The notes beneath the pieces are model-generated. The model ran no database searches, was not told the DNA's origin, and saw only the letters and a program-made list of their open reading frames with translations. Of a stretch of DNA of 57,519 bases, positions 11,301-18,485 are shown in pieces; position 1 is the stretch's first letter; every line of letters starts with the position of its first letter. This stretch comes from an uncultured Spirochaetota bacterium. Lineage in GTDB: Bacteria > Spirochaetota > Spirochaetia > SZUA-6 > Fen-1364. Location of the stretch: assembly GCA_963845535.1 (NCBI GenBank), contig CAWJSK010000009.1, positions 1 to 57,519 on the forward strand, given 5' to 3'. The translations under genes were made by a program, and so were the position numbers.

Positions 11301-14300
11301 AGCATTCCCCGGTGGGAAATGAGGCGGCGGTAGCCGGCGCGGATTATTGCATCCAGCGCCAGCCCGGCCTGGTGGGGAAGAAACGCGGCATCAGCAAGCG
11401 CCCGAAGCACGTCGTGAGCGACGCTGGAAAGCGTGAAGCTCCTCAGCCCACGTCGCGTGGTCGCCATGGTAAAAGGCTGCGCAAAAGGCCGAAAAAGGAG
11501 CTGAGCAGCCACCACCAGGGTTGCAACCAGGCCCGCGGAGGGCGAGACGGCCCAGCACGCAAGGAGCAGACCGACGCTTGCGGCCGGAACGAGGCTGCGC
11601 CGCAGGTTGTCGAAAAGCTTCCATCGATCATAGAAGGAAAGCGGATTCCGTTCCTTCCCTGCCTCATGCCTCGGGACCCATCCGGAAATCCACCTCGCGA
11701 TCTGCCAGTCGCCGCGAATCCAGCGATGCTGCCGCTCCGCGTACCCGCCGTAGCCGTGAGGGAACTCGTCATAGAGCTCGATGTCGCTGGCCAGCCCGAC
11801 CCGGACGTGAGCTCCTTCTATCAGGTCATGGCTCAGCAGGCGATCATCGGGGAAACGCCCGGAGAGCACGCGATCGAAAGCCCGCACATCATAGATACCC
11901 TTGCCGTAGTACGAGCCTTCTCCCGTGAGATCCTGGTGGACATCGGAGACTGCGCGGGTGTACGGATCGATTCCGCGCGCATCCGCGAACAGGCGGCCGA
12001 AAAGGGAGGCGCTCGCGCTCGGCAGGGAAGGGCTCACGCGGGGCTGGATAATAGTGAACGTGCCGGCCGCCACCCTGCCCGCCTGATCGAAGCGCGGTTG
12101 ATTGAGAGGATGCGCGAGCGTCTCTATCATGCGGCGGGCGGCGCCCGGCGGAAGCTGGGTGTCGCTGTCCAGGGTGATTACGAACCTGACGTTCCGCAGG
12201 GCATCGGGGTTGCCGAGCCGGACCAGGCTTGCGGACTCTATGGATCGCGAGCCGGTGATCAGTCCATTCAACTCCTCCAACTTGCCTCGCTTGCGCTCCC
12301 AGCCAATGAACTTCTGCTCGGATGAGCTCCATGCGCGCTCGCGATGGAAAAGCAGGAAGCGCCCGTCCCCATGACGCTTGTTCAGGGCGTTCAGGCTCTC
12401 GATCATTTTCTGCAGAAGATTCGAGTCTTCGGCGCGTTGCGCCTGGTCCGCGTCCCGGTAGTCAGTAAAGAGGCTGAAGAGGAGGTTATGCTCCTTGTTG
12501 GCCAGGTAGCGGACCTCGAGCTTTTCCACCTCGGCACGGATGGATTCCTCGTTGCCGAGCAGCATGGGCACGACGACGAGCGTCCGAAACTCGTCCGGGA
12601 TTCCAAGAGCCTTGAAATCCATCTTGGGCAAGCCGCGGGGCGGAAGCAGCCGCATGACGAGGTAATTGAGAAGCTCGAGGACGAGTTGACTGACGGGAAG
12701 CAGAAGGAGCAGAGCAACCAGTGCCCGCGCCTGCGGCAGCCGCGCGAACGGGCCGGCAAGGGTGATTGCAACGGTGGAGACGATCGTGAGGACGGCAAGG
12801 GGAGGGAAGTACACCGCGGCCGAGTGACGGTAGACCCAGTGCAGGCGGCGATATCTGCCGTTCTCGCTGCAGCGCAGTTGCTGCACAAGAACGCGCCTGC
12901 CATCACCAATCAGCCAGGCGCCGACGTGGCGCAGTCTGTCATCTGCATTGGATCCGTTCGGCGCTTCCGCGGCAAGAGTAAGGACCAGTTGAGCAACTCC
13001 GTCCTCGGTACGGCCGGATCGTCGAGCCAATAGCTCGATGACTTTCCGATAGCGATCTCGCGTGTCGAAATCCATATGCGGATAGACCTCCGCAGGGTCC
13101 CTGCGGAGCAGCTGCTCCACGCGGCTCGCATGCTCGAATATCTCCCGCCAGTCGAGCAGGGCGAGTTGGCGCAGGCTGGTGAAGGCATTGCCTATGGAGA
13201 TCTGATCCCGTGCTTGACGATTTTGCTCCCGCAGGTTGATCTCTCCCACGGGCCGTCGGTACGTGCGTTCCAACCACCCTTGCACAAGCACCAGGGCGGC
13301 TTCTTCATCATAGAGGTGGTCAACGAGCTGAGCCGCGAAATAGGGGCTGGGGTTTGGTTGCGTTACGGCAAGCTCGGCAAGGATTGCAAAGAGCTGGTCC
13401 GAACCGCGCCTGTTGGCTCGTATCAGCCGGCTTGCCCAGAAGTCCGCGATCTCCCGCTCGCGCAGCTCGGCTTCCGCCCGCAGGCCAAGATCGCGGATGC
13501 TCTCGACCAAAGCGATACGGAGCATCTGGGGAAGGGCCCAAAGCTCGCCAATGGCCAGGGAACCTTCGGACTGGCACGCATCGATGAACCCCGATATGTT
13601 CTCCCTGTCCAGGCGAAGCTCCAGATCGGCGACAAGCTTGCAGGCAATCTCATAGATGCGCGGCAGACCGGTGAAGGGTCCGCCCGTGAGGCTCGGAAGC
13701 CGACGGCAGAATTGCACGGGGAGATTTACCTGGACGTCGCGGGCATTGCCTTCGATGACGTATTCGTTGTCGAGAATCCACTCTGCCGTGGGAGGAGTCC
13801 CCTGCTCCAGCCGGCCCGCCTGGGAGAGATCCTTGCAGACTTCGTGGATCTGGCGGCGGGCATCCTGGAGCCGCAACAGTATGGAGCTGTGCGTGTGGCC
13901 TTCGGGCACCGGGCGCTTCGGATGCAGAACGAAGACAGCGGGTGGAATGTCGCCGCCTTCCCGCAGCAGGGAAACGGCTGCGGGAAGCGTCCGAGATGGC
14001 GCCTGGAGGATGAGGAGCGTCTCATCCGACACCAGCCATCGTGCATGTTCCTTGAGCAGGCTCCTTTGGATGCCGCGCTTCGAGCTTCGATTCAACATCC
14101 ACCCAGCCAGCAGTCCAACGGACCCGCCCACCAGGCTCAGCGGCAGCATCGGCCACTTCAAGATGAACGAGGCAGCAAGAGTTATGAGCGCGAAGAGTGC
14201 CGCCGAAAGGAGGGCCATGAGCATGCGGTTCAGCAGAAATGGGTCTCCTGAGTAGACCTCTCCGTTTGCTGCCTTGTGCATCAATGCGGTGCGGCGAAAG

Positions 14301-14479
14301 CCCCGTCTCCTCAGCTTCCTGAGGGCAACAACAGCCTCTTCCTGTTTGGCAAAATAAGCGGTGAGAATGGCGGCTCGGGACAGGCGGCCGGGACTGCCTA
14401 CTGGCGTACGCGGCCCCTCTCGATTGGAGGAGCGCTCTGGTGTAGGCGGGGCGTTGTGAAACTGATCACGTATCATCAT
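5339..14479 (-). CDS. ndvB: cyclic beta-1,2-glucan synthase (Cgs/NdvB/ChvB) with C-terminal GH94-type phosphorylase domain
   Basis: 3046 aa; AEWILDNEY, GWERKRGK, ITLDSDT, LLSHDLIEG, RQHRWIRGDWQ, LPPDNYQ, RTSPTNIG, YDLLASEARL, PWGISES, YQSGGAFGFRDQLQD, GDWNDGMN, ENGGQYTHAA, SWYTGSAAW. Confidence 0.95.
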   Translation of the reverse strand: MMIRDQFHNAPPTPERSSNREGPRTPVGSPGRLSRAAILTAYFAKQEEAVVALRKLRRRGFRRTALMHKAANGEVYSGDPFLLNRMLMALLSAALFALITLAASFILKWPMLPLSLVGGSVGLLAGWMLNRSSKRGIQRSLLKEHARWLVSDETLLILQAPSRTLPAAVSLLREGGDIPPAVFVLHPKRPVPEGHTHSSILLRLQDARRQIHEVCKDLSQAGRLEQGTPPTAEWILDNEYVIEGNARDVQVNLPVQFCRRLPSLTGGPFTGLPRIYEIACKLVADLELRLDRENISGFIDACQSEGSLAIGELWALPQMLRIALVESIRDLGLRAEAELREREIADFWASRLIRANRRGSDQLFAILAELAVTQPNPSPYFAAQLVDHLYDEEAALVLVQGWLERTYRRPVGEINLREQNRQARDQISIGNAFTSLRQLALLDWREIFEHASRVEQLLRRDPAEVYPHMDFDTRDRYRKVIELLARRSGRTEDGVAQLVLTLAAEAPNGSNADDRLRHVGAWLIGDGRRVLVQQLRCSENGRYRRLHWVYRHSAAVYFPPLAVLTIVSTVAITLAGPFARLPQARALVALLLLLPVSQLVLELLNYLVMRLLPPRGLPKMDFKALGIPDEFRTLVVVPMLLGNEESIRAEVEKLEVRYLANKEHNLLFSLFTDYRDADQAQRAEDSNLLQKMIESLNALNKRHGDGRFLLFHRERAWSSSEQKFIGWERKRGKLEELNGLITGSRSIESASLVRLGNPDALRNVRFVITLDSDTQLPPGAARRMIETLAHPLNQPRFDQAGRVAAGTFTIIQPRVSPSLPSASASLFGRLFADARGIDPYTRAVSDVHQDLTGEGSYYGKGIYDVRAFDRVLSGRFPDDRLLSHDLIEGAHVRVGLASDIELYDEFPHGYGGYAERQHRWIRGDWQIARWISGWVPRHEAGKERNPLSFYDRWKLFDNLRRSLVPAASVGLLLACWAVSPSAGLVATLVVAAQLLFRPFAQPFTMATTRRGLRSFTLSSVAHDVLRALADAAFLPHQAGLALDAIIRAGYRRLISHRGMLQWTSAQALPGVDPRRPRVLMVSMALVSLASAITAFLMLRWMPSGLANASPWLAAWFLSPLAAWLLNLKPRAQGRPLALPPAEARFLREIARRTWRYFDDFVDAGTSWLPPDNYQVSPRNELAMRTSPTNIGLWMLSLLAARDFRYQTVDQVVEKLTLSMQTIRGLQRFEGHLLNWYDVRTLAPLEPRYVSSVDSGNLLGALWALEQGLHGMLREPILDDAVFSGLRDTGRILRRILGRGSSSSAASHALSALLGRWESPPARFVDSLELLRVPEEELKAIAGPGEDRDYWAGQLSKQSSAWRHIADRYLGWMEILSEMSEEQIASLGPEAAEAVRADLSNAPSLSDLANGCVHCIPILQRMRDAAQASADPLSAWLDRVLQAFSTSRWLAGEILGLAERLITDCQRLSEQINMRFLYDPDRRLFSIGYNVSEGRRDAAFYDLLASEARLGSFVAIARGDVSFEHWFSLSRPYTSVGRRRVLLSWTGTMFEYLMPLIFQESLPNTLLEEAARGAVAVQMAHARRHHVPWGISESTFADLDINRVYQYRAFGVPELGLKRQIEEKVVVAPYATLLAVGFAPLETMRNLRRLAALGLLSGHGYYDAIDFSRQPGRAGGKGVVVQAYMAHHQGMGLLSLTNFLLDGAIRRRFHADGRVRAVEPLLHERVPVLPSLHHISTRERAQAADSVGEVAPSTSTFDTAHTRTPKTQLLSNGRYSVMLTNAGGGYSQWGAQEITRWRADPTRDPWGTFFYIHEPDSGETWSATFQPCGGAGESCSTSFALDRAVFKRTDNGIQTRTEVVVSPEDDVEIRRITLVNRSLRARRLECSSYGELSMAPHAADRQHPAFNTLFIQTEALPHVRALLAFRRPPGQDAPPMYVAHRVTLEAAGEEPFRFETNRRTFIGRGRTLANPRGSVEEPRNTEGYVLDPVLSIRTSIHMAPGQHVVISLVLAAAETREHAVRLMAKYADMHAIDRAMDFAWAAAQLELRVLRIQPDDARRIQQLASHLLYPNRLLRSAAERIEENVKGQAGLWKYGISGDLPIALVTINEIRDVGLVGQMLQAHAYWRMHGLVADLLIIAEEASTYERPMHERLEALIQAHSTLAGRDKSGGVFLRSADQIPEADLTLLHVAASIVLVGARGALPQQVGIPGEALEPPQRPAWKRASEDPSPPLPFLELPYFNGMGGFTPDGREYAIYLDAGKNTPDPWVNVMANPTFGTLVSESGAGFTWSGNSQRNRLSTWSNDPVTDPASEALFVRDEETGLCWTPTASPIREEAAYRTRHGAGYTVFEHNSNGISQELTVFVPMDHQGGQPVKLQRLRLKNDSSRSRTLSVTWYVELVLGEHRETSQMHVVTDWDDESQTLMARNRFHPEYGDRIAFAALSVAAESWCGDRTAFLGRNGSLRSAAAMERTSLSGLAGAGLDPCAALRTMLDLAPGEQTEVACVLGEVESREAARTRVFSFRKTGVDAALEETKAWWNELLGTVEAHTPELSVDFLLNRWLVYQCLSCRIWGRSAFYQSGGAFGFRDQLQDVMALLYAAPSLARDHIILAASRQFREGDVQHWWHAPNGAGIRSRISDDLLWLPFVVAHYLRVTGDSEILGVQVPFLDGPTLREDQHEAFFTPVATSETAALFEHCRRAVARGLTAGPHGLPLMGTGDWNDGMNLVGVGGKGESSWLGWFLVDVLKGMSEMSEALGRTDMSAEYLHQREALIARVERAAWDGDWYVRAIFDDGTLLGSSASTEARIDSLPQSWASLSGGADEERAQKAIESAWSHLVREEEGLALLFTPPFDKAVPSPGYIRAYPPGVRENGGQYTHAAVWLAMALLRRGDGTRAEKLLRILNPIEQTRNPESVQRYSVEPYAIAADVYRLPGRIGRGGWSWYTGSAAWMYRAWVEEVLGLKVRGNRLLIEPVIPGWWSGFSVQYLHGKALYAVRVENPEGCERGVSWIEMDGRRMEDGVVPLTRDLVKHEILVRMGNSTKEVLS

Positions 14480-14796
14480 ATCCCATCAAGGGAGCAGTGG
14501 ACACAGGACCCTGAAGGCGCGCAAGTCTCTGTGAACGGAAGCTTCATGGGGAAAGACGCCGGTACAAATCAAGTTGGAGAACAACAAAGACTATACAATT
14601 GGGTTCAAAGAAGAAGGGTAACGGGGCGGAACGGGGGTCGCGCACAGCTCGAAAATGCAGAGTGAACGGGGAGCCTGGTCGTTTGCGCCACAACGACCCC
14701 ATTTGCGAGGCGTTTCCGTCGATGCCCATTTTTTTTTCCGAAAAGGGGTCCCGTCACATTTTGGTGGTTGTCTCTCGCCTACGGCTTCACTGGAGG

Positions 14797-14843
14797 GCCT
14801 TTCAACGTTGACATCTGTTGGAAGGCTTGCTACAACTAAGCAA
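14797..14843 (+). promoter_or_regulatory. sigma70-like promoter with flanking inverted repeat upstream of the TIGR04255 operon
   Basis: TTGACA (14808-13), 17 nt, TACAAC (14831-36); GCCTTTCAAC (14797-806) / GTTGGAAGGC (14817-26) form a 9/10 inverted repeat around the -35 box. Confidence 0.55.
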
Positions 14844-14854
14844 CAAGGCAATTG

Positions 14855-15580
14855 ATGGATAACCTACCCAAAAGCATTGATCCTTGTCCCATTGTCGAAG
14901 CTGTCGTAGAGGTTCGCTTCTCTTCCCTGTTGCCGGGAGAAGCTATCTATGGGGTTCTCTATTCAAAAATCAGTGAAATGTTCGAGTCCTCAAGCAATCT
15001 GCCAATACTACAAGTCCCAGAAGCGCTGCGAAGTGCTGATCCAAACTTGATGTATCAGCCGCACTATGTGCTCGCGAAAGGGGATCTTTCACTTCGGGTA
15101 GGGCCGAGAAGCTTGCTATTCGCGAACAGCGGGACATACAAGGGATGGGAGGATTTCTCTGCCTTCATCAAAGAAGTTCTTGAAGAGATCCGGGAGACGA
15201 AAATAATTCATATCCCGGAGCGTATCGGGATCCGTTACATTAACTTTTTTGATTTTCCAATTCTGGAAAAAATCAACTTCTCTGTCAATCACCTCGGCAA
15301 GACTATCACGGACGAGAATACCGCGGTTCGAATAGAGTTCAAGCGCGGACGGTTCATAGAAATCCTCAATATCGCCAACAAATCTGGCTTGACAATCAAC
15401 AATCGCCCGGTCATGGGCTCGCTGATTGACATCGACTGTATTTTTGCCTACGAGTCTGGTTCGTCGGCCTTCTACGATTCCTATGTGGGCGTTCTTGAGG
15501 AAGGTCATATGCTCGAAAAGACATCGTTCTTTGATTTGCTCTTGCCTGAGTTCCTGAGGACGTTGAACCCTGTCTATTGA
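14855..15580 (+). CDS. TIGR04255 family protein
   Basis: LPKSIDPCPIVEAVVEVRF N-terminus, Y.GWEDF, ERIGIRYINFF, LIDID, FFDLL..EFL..LNP; visibly AT-richer than flanks. Confidence 0.8.
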   Translation: MDNLPKSIDPCPIVEAVVEVRFSSLLPGEAIYGVLYSKISEMFESSSNLPILQVPEALRSADPNLMYQPHYVLAKGDLSLRVGPRSLLFANSGTYKGWEDFSAFIKEVLEEIRETKIIHIPERIGIRYINFFDFPILEKINFSVNHLGKTITDENTAVRIEFKRGRFIEILNIANKSGLTINNRPVMGSLIDIDCIFAYESGSSAFYDSYVGVLEEGHMLEKTSFFDLLLPEFLRTLNPVY

Positions 15581-15594
15581 CGAGGAGGGATGGA

Positions 15595-15897
15595 ATGGTT
15601 GGAACACAAGCGCAAACGCGACCGATAGTGATCGCCACTGCAGCCGTCCTCACTCTGTCTGCATTCTTGTTAGAACGAGGTTCACTATTGGTTATGAACA
15701 AGGAGACCAAGATGCCGATACTCGACAAAGAGGTTTCCAGCCGAATCGCAGAGAGGAATGAAAACTTTCACATAGGACCAGAAATTGCACAAATTGAAGT
15801 ATTGAATGGATTCGTGCAAAAGCTGATTCGTAATACCAAAGACATCGATCCGACCGTGATCGGAGTGATCAACAAGGATTTTTGGCGCCTATTCTGA
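15595..15897 (+). CDS. small hypothetical protein (~100 aa), candidate antitoxin
   Basis: GAGGAGG RBS just after the upstream stop; hydrophobic N-terminal stretch; C-terminal TKDIDP...INKDFWRLF. Confidence 0.7.
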   Translation: MVGTQAQTRPIVIATAAVLTLSAFLLERGSLLVMNKETKMPILDKEVSSRIAERNENFHIGPEIAQIEVLNGFVQKLIRNTKDIDPTVIGVINKDFWRLF

Positions 15898-15904
15898 GCA
15901 CCCA

Positions 15905-16516
15905 ATGATCGATTTTGACGATGTGCGTCTCTTTTTGCCGAAGTATCTAAGCCCTGAAACGGAAGAAAGACTATTTGCTGATCTGATAGGATACCCTGAG
16001 AACATAGACTCCAGGATGTACGGGTTCATTGGCAAGAGTGAATCTGTGTTGTATCAAGGCGATGGGCTGAGTTCGATGCCCGTAACAATCCTGCCATCGA
16101 AAGAGACGAGAGATCTTCCCTGTATCGTCATTTCGAATACCTGCGATATCGATCCCGAGAATGAGAAGAAGTACGCTCCAAATGTCGTGTATGCCCCTGT
16201 AGCGTCTCTTCGTAAGTACCGCAAGTTGCTGGTTGAGCGACGGGTATATACCGATCAGCAGGCCGAGAACCACATTCGTTCGATTAGAAAGCAGGAGATT
16301 GCGCAAATTTTCTATCTGCCAGAGTCTCAGTATGTGAACGAGGAATCGATTGTCTTTTTTGATCGAGTATGCAATTGCGAAGCTTCATTCGTCGACAGAA
16401 AAAAGCTTGAGGCAGCAAGGTTTTTTTCTCTGTCTCAATTTGGGTTCTACATTTTTCTAATCAAGCTCTCCATTCACTTTACTAGAATGCAAGAGCGGGT
16501 TGATCGAAAATACTAA
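15905..16516 (+). CDS. hypothetical protein, PemK/MazF-like pattern, candidate toxin
   Basis: YQGDG...PCIVISNTCD...VVYAPV...IFYLP...IVFFDRV...RFFSLSQ...LSIHFTR; starts 7 nt after the previous stop. Confidence 0.7.
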   Translation: MIDFDDVRLFLPKYLSPETEERLFADLIGYPENIDSRMYGFIGKSESVLYQGDGLSSMPVTILPSKETRDLPCIVISNTCDIDPENEKKYAPNVVYAPVASLRKYRKLLVERRVYTDQQAENHIRSIRKQEIAQIFYLPESQYVNEESIVFFDRVCNCEASFVDRKKLEAARFFSLSQFGFYIFLIKLSIHFTRMQERVDRKY

Positions 16517-16557
16517 AGCTTCGGATTTCGAGCAACGCGTGCTGATCTAATGTTTGC

Positions 16558-17000
16558 TCATATTTCATTTCCGTCGATTCTCACCTGCAAGAAGGAGGGG
16601 CTCCAATCTTTGGACTCTGTCGCTCCAGTTCTGCCAAGCGGTTCCGGGCGCATCATACTCAGGGGACCATCCGCGCTCCCGTAATTCCCACTTGTCCCAG
16701 GCCGCGTGTTCCAGAAACGGCATTGTTCCCCGTCAATAATGTGGAAAAGGCTATCGACAAGTCTGCCGGATTGCACGACAAGGTCCTGCAATTCGGACAA
16801 GGTGAGTTGCTGCTGTTTCGAGTCCATTGAAACCCTGCTTTCTGGGGTTGCTGCATGGACGAAGTGTTTGCTTGCGAGATAGTCGACTCTATCGTGAATG
16901 GAAGATGCCTGCTCTTCCAGAAAGGCGAACTGTGCATCTGGAATAGCGTCTTCTCGATCAGCCCAAATCCCTCGAACACATCCTCCGATACTTGCTTCAT
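16558..17000 (-). pseudogene. two overlapping short ORFs (16659-17000, 16558-16827), possible degraded gene
   Basis: ATG at 17000 has a GAGGA RBS; overlapping same-strand ORFs in different frames; no family recognised. Confidence 0.25.
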
Positions 17001-17220
17001 TCCTCAGGGGACCGCTAACAGTCTATAGTGGCAGGAAGGTTACATGCAAGATAATCTCTGAAATCTTACTCTGAGCAAGAGTCTGAAAAAAACGCGCGCA
17101 CGCCTAAGATAAGAAGCGCCTAAAGAATCCAAAAAATGATTGACTCAATTCCTTGCCGGTGATTGAATTTTGCTCAGAAGTGACGACAAAAGCGCAGGAG
17201 GGTTGAGAAGACGCTAGCCC

Positions 17221-17267
17221 TTCCCAGGCTGGAGTCGGGGGTCGATTCCCCTCGCTCGCTCTTCTCA
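17221..17267 (+). repeat. attR-like direct repeat of the tRNA-Gly 3' end
   Basis: TTCCCAGGCTGGAGTCGGGGGTCGATTCCCCTCGCTCGCTCTTCTCA vs positions 4-51; no D arm or 5' acceptor strand upstream. Confidence 0.9.
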
Positions 17268-17396
17268 TTCTTTCTGCAAAAGCCCATGATGGGTGGATGG
17301 CCTCCAGATCAAAGCTGACGCAGCAGCCAGGGAGGTTGGGGTTCCGGACATCGTTGCGATTTCCAGGGACGAATGCTACCGTTGCAGGAGGGTCGA

Positions 17397-17915
17397 ATGC
17401 CAAAGGCGCATTTTGTCATCATGTTTTTGCTTGCAACAAGCCTGCTCGCGGCTCAGGGTTCAGATCCTCTCAGGCAACACGGCGAGTCCACTTTGTTTGC
17501 GTTTCGCCTGTCGGGTTCACATAAATACGTATCGGTTTGTCAGTCGCAATCCGGCGGAAACTCATACATCGTGTATCGATCAGGACTTCCCTCACATATT
17601 GAGCTTGAATACCCAAAAGACAAGAAGACCTCGTGGCAGTCCTTTGAATACGCATATTACCTGAGAGGAGGCGGTGCCAGCAACGAGGGCCTTGATCTGA
17701 ACTACCTGAGCTTCTCCAACGGGGACTGGAGATACACGATATATCAAGAATATAGTGCCGAGACAAATACTACCGCTGTTGGAATTCGTCTCATAAATGA
17801 CAAGGACGGCAAGAAACTGGATTTGCCTGGACTCCTTGATTCAGTTGAAGGCTCACTTGTTCCACTCAGAGACAATGACAAAATTGGAAAAGGCGAGCTG
17901 CCGAGTGGATCTTGA
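17397..17915 (+). CDS. exported hypothetical protein
   Basis: AGGAGG RBS, signal-peptide-like N-terminus, beta-rich body (KYVSVC, YIVYRSG, IELEYP, YLRGGG..NEGLDLNYLSF). Confidence 0.7.
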   Translation: MPKAHFVIMFLLATSLLAAQGSDPLRQHGESTLFAFRLSGSHKYVSVCQSQSGGNSYIVYRSGLPSHIELEYPKDKKTSWQSFEYAYYLRGGGASNEGLDLNYLSFSNGDWRYTIYQEYSAETNTTAVGIRLINDKDGKKLDLPGLLDSVEGSLVPLRDNDKIGKGELPSGS

Positions 17916-17981
17916 ACCGACTTCGTGAACATCGTGTCGTGGCCGGGCATGGCCAAGGAGCACGAGCGGCCGGCCGGCCCC

Positions 17982-18485
17982 TCAGAAGACGGATAGCCGC
18001 ACAAGATCCTCCACCTCTTCCTCGATAGGCTTTCCCTCGGCACGGTAGACCACCTCGGCAGCTTCGTAGTACTTCGATCCTTCCGTTGACCAGATCAGGT
18101 GGATGTCCTCCTCCAGCGTGGTGCCCGGGTTCACGCGAGGGCGGTCGGCTGCTCGAACGCGGCGCACGAGCTCCGCCTCGGAGACTTCAAGGAGGATCAC
18201 CACGCCGGTTCCGCGCAGCAAGTCCCGGTTCCACTCATAGCGGACCGTCCCTCCCCCAAGGCAGATCACGGAGCTCCTGCGCTGTGCCAGGTCCTTGCAG
18301 AGAGAGTACTCGAGCTCACGGAAGGCGAGCCATCCTTTCTCCTTTACCAGCAGGTGAAACGAATAGCCCAGACGCCGGTCCATCTCCTCGTCGAGGTCGA
18401 AAAAGGGCCTGTCGAGGCGATGCGCCAGCAGGCGCCCGAGAGTGGTCTTTCCCGACCCGATCATTCCGGACAAGTAGATGTTCAC
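17982..18485 (-). CDS. aroK: shikimate kinase family protein
   Basis: NIYLSGMIGSGKTT P-loop, DLD, FRELE, ICLGGG, DRP. Confidence 0.85.
   Translation of the reverse strand: MNIYLSGMIGSGKTTLGRLLAHRLDRPFFDLDEEMDRRLGYSFHLLVKEKGWLAFRELEYSLCKDLAQRRSSVICLGGGTVRYEWNRDLLRGTGVVILLEVSEAELVRRVRAADRPRVNPGTTLEEDIHLIWSTEGSKYYEAAEVVYRAEGKPIEEEVEDLVRLSVF

Larger units (their letters stand above)
4..17267. mobile_element. tRNA-Gly-anchored genomic island (~17.2 kb)
   Basis: Direct repeat 4-51 vs 17221-17267 (one substitution, one 1-nt deletion); tyrosine recombinase genes near the left end; AT-richer cargo near the right end. Confidence 0.85.

Noticed and set aside
5364..14255. Many long plus-strand ORFs opposite cgs (e.g. 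6836-8257, 9005-10408, 13076-14251)
   Set aside because: Antisense shadows of a GC-rich gene with no recognisable motifs; the same applies to 2164-3324, 4239-5504, 43317-45092 and similar ORFs.
14650..14730. Possible c-di-GMP-I riboswitch upstream of cgs (GGAAAC..GCAA.. and hairpin GGTCGTT/AACGACC)
   Set aside because: Only a 7-bp stem, and the consensus order does not fit; an Infernal/Rfam scan would be needed.
17200..17267. Second intact tRNA-Gly
   Set aside because: No D arm or 5' acceptor strand, broken anticodon stem, and a T-loop deletion; it is an att copy.
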